The notes under the pieces were generated by a model. The model was not told the origin of the DNA. It worked only from the letters and a program-made list of their open reading frames with translations, and did no database searches. From assembly GCA_964581405.1 (NCBI GenBank), contig CAZOOL010000001.1, positions 1 through 41,150 of the forward strand: a stretch of 41,150 bases of DNA, given 5' to 3'. Below are positions 38,136 to 41,150 of the stretch, piece by piece; positions within the stretch are counted from its first letter, which is position 1; every line of letters begins with the position of its first letter. This DNA is from an uncultured Oscillospiraceae bacterium (GTDB lineage Bacteria > Bacillota > Clostridia > Oscillospirales > Ruminococcaceae). Position numbers and translations under genes: made by a program.

Positions 38136-38851
38136 TATCTCACCTTTTTCGTTTCAGAGCAGATTTTTATGAATTTATCGAGTATTTTCTTGCTGTCCGG
38201 GACAACGTGATAATCGCGTTCCGGATGCCACTGAACACCGAGGACAAATTTCTTATCCTTGCAATAGATGGATTCGATAATTCCGTCTTTGGCAACAGCG
38301 GCGGCAGAAAATCCGGGAGCGAGAGTTTTTATCGCCTGATGATGATAACTGTTTATGCGGTGGGTTCCGAAACCGATAGCATCGGAAAGGGGAGAAACCT
38401 TTTCAATGGTGATATCATGGAACGCAACCTCCGGTTTTTCGAGGCGATGAATAACCGAATATCCGAGTTCGGAGGGAATATCCTGAACAAGGCTTCCTCC
38501 GCAAAAAACGTTAAGTGCCTGCATTCCGCGGCAGATCCCGAGAACAGGAATATCCGCTTCCATTGCAAGCCGGACGAGAACAGCTTCCGCTTCGTCCATG
38601 AGGGGGGATATATCTACGCTTTTACCGGCATTATCTTCGCCGTAGTATTTCGGGTCGATATCGACTCCGCCGGAAAGAATGAGTCCGTCGAGATTTTCAA
38701 TGAACTCAAAATTACGCTTCGGATCGGAAGAAATGGGAATGATAAAAGGAATACCGCCGGAATCAACTATTTCGTCGATATATACGCTGTCGATAAAGTT
38801 TTGCTTTTTTTCATTGTCGTATGAAGGGAAAATACCGATAACAGGTTTCAT
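38135..38851 (-). CDS. gamma-glutamyl-gamma-aminobutyrate hydrolase-like class I glutamine amidotransferase (peptidase C26)
   Basis: GICRGMQALNV nucleophile elbow, HHQAI, and WHPE. Confidence 0.88.
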   Translation of the reverse strand: MKPVIGIFPSYDNEKKQNFIDSVYIDEIVDSGGIPFIIPISSDPKRNFEFIENLDGLILSGGVDIDPKYYGEDNAGKSVDISPLMDEAEAVLVRLAMEADIPVLGICRGMQALNVFCGGSLVQDIPSELGYSVIHRLEKPEVAFHDITIEKVSPLSDAIGFGTHRINSYHHQAIKTLAPGFSAAAVAKDGIIESIYCKDKKFVLGVQWHPERDYHVVPDSKKILDKFIKICSETKKVR

Positions 38852-38906
38852 GGCTTGTCCTCACTTAAATTGAATATAAAAATATTATATAATTTTTATA
38901 AATGTT

Positions 38907-38935
38907 TTGCAATGGAAAATGAACAGTGCTACAAT
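38907..38935 (+). promoter_or_regulatory. sigma-A promoter of the EIIC-like gene
   Basis: TTGCAA, 17-nt spacer, TACAAT. It lies inside the 5' part of the track ORF, which argues for the downstream start. Confidence 0.55.
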
Positions 38936-38974
38936 AAAAATATAGATTTTTTCTTTGGAGATGATATTTTGGAA

Positions 38975-40039
38975 ATGATCAGAAAGTACGCAAAGAAATA
39001 TTTCATTGACGCAATGTCCGCTATGGCGCTTGGGCTTTTTGCTTCACTTCTCATCGGTACGATTTTCGGGACGATAGGCACATACCTCGGACCGGATTAT
39101 GTTTCAAATGAAATGCTTAACAGCATCGGCGGATTTTTTACGGAAATGAAAATCTACGCTCAGGGGGCTTCAGGAATGGCAATCGGGGTTGCCGTAGCAT
39201 ATTCGCTTAAAGCGGATCCCCTTGTGATGTTTTCCTGCGCCGCGGTTGGAAGTCTTTCTTATTCTCTTGGCGCGACGATTGCCCTTGCTGACGGGAGCAG
39301 CATTGCCTATACCGCCGGTCCTGCGGGAGCATATATTGCCGCTATATTTGCAGCGGAAATCGGTATGCTGGTTTCCAAAAAGACCAAGGTCGATATCCTT
39401 GTGACACCTACTGTAACGATTATTTCCGGCTATGCCGTTGCGAAGCTTATCTGTCCGGCAATCGCTTATATTATGTACTGGCTCGGCGATTTTATAAATA
39501 CCGCTACAGAAATGCAGCCGCTGCTCATGGGAATAATAATCGCGGTGGTTGTGGGCATGATTTTGACTTTGCCGATTTCTTCGGCGGCTATTTGTGCTAT
39601 GATCGGCATAAGCGGAATAGCTGGCGGAGCCGCAACAGCGGGTTGCTGTGCCCAGATGATAGGCTTTGCCGTAATCAGCTTTGCCGATAACGGCTGGGGC
39701 GGATTCTTTGCCCAGGGGCTCGGTACTTCCATGCTCCAGATGAGCAACATTATAAAAAAGCCCCTTGTATGGATTCCGCCGACTCTCGCTTCGGCAATCT
39801 GCGGCCCTGTAAGCACGATGGTTTTCAGGCTTGAATGTTCCGGAGTTTCCGCAGGAATGGGAACCTGCGGGCTTGTGGGTCCTCTCGGGACTATTTCCGA
39901 CATGGGCGGAGGAGAAAATATGTGGATAGGTATGCTTCTTTGCTATTTTGTTCTTCCGGCGGCACTTTCTTATCTTTTCTATTTCATTATGAAAAAAATG
40001 GGGCTTATAAAAAAAGGTGATTTAAAACTTCAAAGCTGA
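38975..40039 (+). CDS. PTS EIIC-like membrane protein (PTS_EIIC_2 family by recollection), orphan
   Basis: MIRKYAKKYFIDAMSAMALGLFASLLIGTIFG..., about 10 TM segments. No EIIA, EIIB or HPr genes are nearby. The start choice follows from the promoter position. Confidence 0.7.
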   Translation: MIRKYAKKYFIDAMSAMALGLFASLLIGTIFGTIGTYLGPDYVSNEMLNSIGGFFTEMKIYAQGASGMAIGVAVAYSLKADPLVMFSCAAVGSLSYSLGATIALADGSSIAYTAGPAGAYIAAIFAAEIGMLVSKKTKVDILVTPTVTIISGYAVAKLICPAIAYIMYWLGDFINTATEMQPLLMGIIIAVVVGMILTLPISSAAICAMIGISGIAGGAATAGCCAQMIGFAVISFADNGWGGFFAQGLGTSMLQMSNIIKKPLVWIPPTLASAICGPVSTMVFRLECSGVSAGMGTCGLVGPLGTISDMGGGENMWIGMLLCYFVLPAALSYLFYFIMKKMGLIKKGDLKLQS

Positions 40040-40052
40040 AAGGACGATTTTT

Positions 40053-40604
40053 ATGGTTGAAAAAGCAATTATTTTTGCCGCGAAAGCTCACAAGGGGACA
40101 TTCAGAAAAAGCACAAATATTCCGTACATCGTTCATCCAATGGAAGCGGGTGCCATAGCAGCTTCCGTCACAGATGATGAAAAGGTAATTGCCGCGGCCA
40201 TTCTTCATGATACGCTTGAGGATACGGATACAACGCCGGAGGATATCAGAAGGGAATTCGGCGATGAGGTTCTTCGGCTTATTGAAAGTGATTCCGAGGA
40301 TAAAAGGGAAGAACTGCCTCCGGAAGAAACATGGAAGATGCGAAAAGAGGAAACGATTGATTATCTTCGGAACAGGGCGGACAAAAAGGAGAAAATAATC
40401 GCTTTGTCGGATAAATTATCCAATATCCGCGCGATTTACCGCGATTATCAGACTGTCGGAGATGCCCTTTGGGACAGATTCAACCAGAAAGATAAAAATG
40501 AGCACGCATGGTATTACAAAAGCTTTATTGAAACGCTTTCGGAATTAAAAGGCACTGCGGCTTATGAAGAATATTGTGAATTGGCTGTAAAGATATTCGG
40601 ATAA
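40053..40604 (+). CDS. HD-domain protein resembling the RelA/SpoT (p)ppGpp hydrolase domain (small alarmone hydrolase-like)
   Basis: AHKGTFRK...PYIVHPMEAG...AAILHDTLEDTDTTPEDIRREFGDEVLRLI. Confidence 0.8.
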   Translation: MVEKAIIFAAKAHKGTFRKSTNIPYIVHPMEAGAIAASVTDDEKVIAAAILHDTLEDTDTTPEDIRREFGDEVLRLIESDSEDKREELPPEETWKMRKEETIDYLRNRADKKEKIIALSDKLSNIRAIYRDYQTVGDALWDRFNQKDKNEHAWYYKSFIETLSELKGTAAYEEYCELAVKIFG

Positions 40605-40608
40605 ACGA

Positions 40609-40641
40609 ATGCCGTGCTCATTTTGAGCACGGCATATTTTT
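40609..40641. terminator. rho-independent terminator (GTGCTCATTTTGAGCAC core)
   Basis: 11-bp stem atgccgtgctc-atttt-gagcacggcat + attttt. It sits between convergent genes. Confidence 0.75.
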
Positions 40642-41143
40642 ATATATTCTCATAAGCAAGACGATAAAGTTCCGTAGCCGATAACAAGACGTTTTTTGAG
40701 CACTGCTCATAAAATTCAACGTATTTCTGCTGTTGACGAAAAAATCTTGTATCACCCATTATTTTTTTGAGATAAAATTCAGCAAGACCTTCGGTTATTG
40801 ACCATGTTTCAAGGGTTTTGAAGGCGTTTTCATTTTTAAGCGTTTTGAAAAGAAGATATATAATAAATTCGTGTCCGATGAAATAAACGGAATCCATCAG
40901 GCTCCGCTCGATTCCGAAAACGTCCTGTTCATCGGAAATATCAATGGCTTCCGCGCCGCCCTCGACGGAAGCAACAAGTTCAGCTATGAAATTATTATCA
41001 AGCTCGGTTCCGATAAATTTTTCAGCTTTATCGGTGAAATTTATTTTTTCAAAATATTCGAGCACAGGAGGAATGTATTTTTCAATTTTTTCCTTATCTT
41101 TTGGCCAAATGTTTTCGATGTAACTGTCATAGTGCTTGGTCAT
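40640..41143 (-). CDS. hypothetical protein (no recognisable motif)
   Basis: 167-aa ORF with coding-like composition. The start ATG is 7 nt from the window end, so upstream signals are not visible. Confidence 0.55.
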   Translation of the reverse strand: MTKHYDSYIENIWPKDKEKIEKYIPPVLEYFEKINFTDKAEKFIGTELDNNFIAELVASVEGGAEAIDISDEQDVFGIERSLMDSVYFIGHEFIIYLLFKTLKNENAFKTLETWSITEGLAEFYLKKIMGDTRFFRQQQKYVEFYEQCSKNVLLSATELYRLAYENI

Positions 41144-41150
41144 AATTTCC

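Noticed and set aside
38855-38974. The 40-codon N-terminal extension of the EIIC-like ORF.
   Set aside because: A good TTGCAA-17-TACAAT promoter lies inside it (38907..38935). The family N-terminus as I recall it starts at MIRKY..., so the extension is probably untranslated.

Overview
This 41.15-kb segment reads like the chromosome of a spore-forming Clostridia-class Firmicute. Supporting signs are cotJABC, a perfect CIRCE operator in front of groES-groEL, ireB, T-box and ANTAR-type RNA regulation, GGAGG-type ribosome-binding sites, and hairpin+T-run terminators after most operons. I call about 45 CDSs, almost all housekeeping or nutrient uptake. In order they are: two unknown genes at the left edge; pepT; a PotABCD-like ABC importer in one gene string with two tandem cytoplasmic glycerophosphodiester phosphodiesterases; a 3-gene membrane/lipoprotein operon of unknown function; an orphan sugar-type binding protein; metG-tatD-trmB; groESL; a GNAT; ireB; a nucleoside-salvage block (tdk-deoD-udk plus a BMP-family ABC importer); cotJABC; typA; a compact ethanolamine module (ANTAR paralog, eutV, eutW, eutB, eutC); a Trp T-box with a stand-alone trpB; a phosphorylase gene remnant; an SDR plus a C26 amidotransferase; an orphan EIIC-like permease; a small HD (p)ppGpp-hydrolase-like protein; and one unknown gene at the right edge. 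I found no CRISPR array, transposase or integrase, phage genes, rRNA or tRNA genes, or recognisable defence or toxin genes, so I cannot point to a clear-cut new system. The most unusual observations are: (1) a single in-frame TAG in an otherwise intact metG; (2) a shell-less, eutA-less eutBC pair under EutVW control, with an extra ANTAR protein whose receiver has lost the phospho-acceptor Asp, and an attenuator carrying two GAGGAA hexaloop hairpins; (3) an EutC that keeps a microcompartment-targeting-like N-terminus; (4) a Trp T-box driving a lone trpB, followed by a strong-SD 8-codon uORF containing one Trp codon; (5) a recurring GTGCTCATTTTGAGCAC terminator hairpin; (6) a GroEL without the Gly-Met tail. 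All functional calls come from my own reading of the translations, with no database search.
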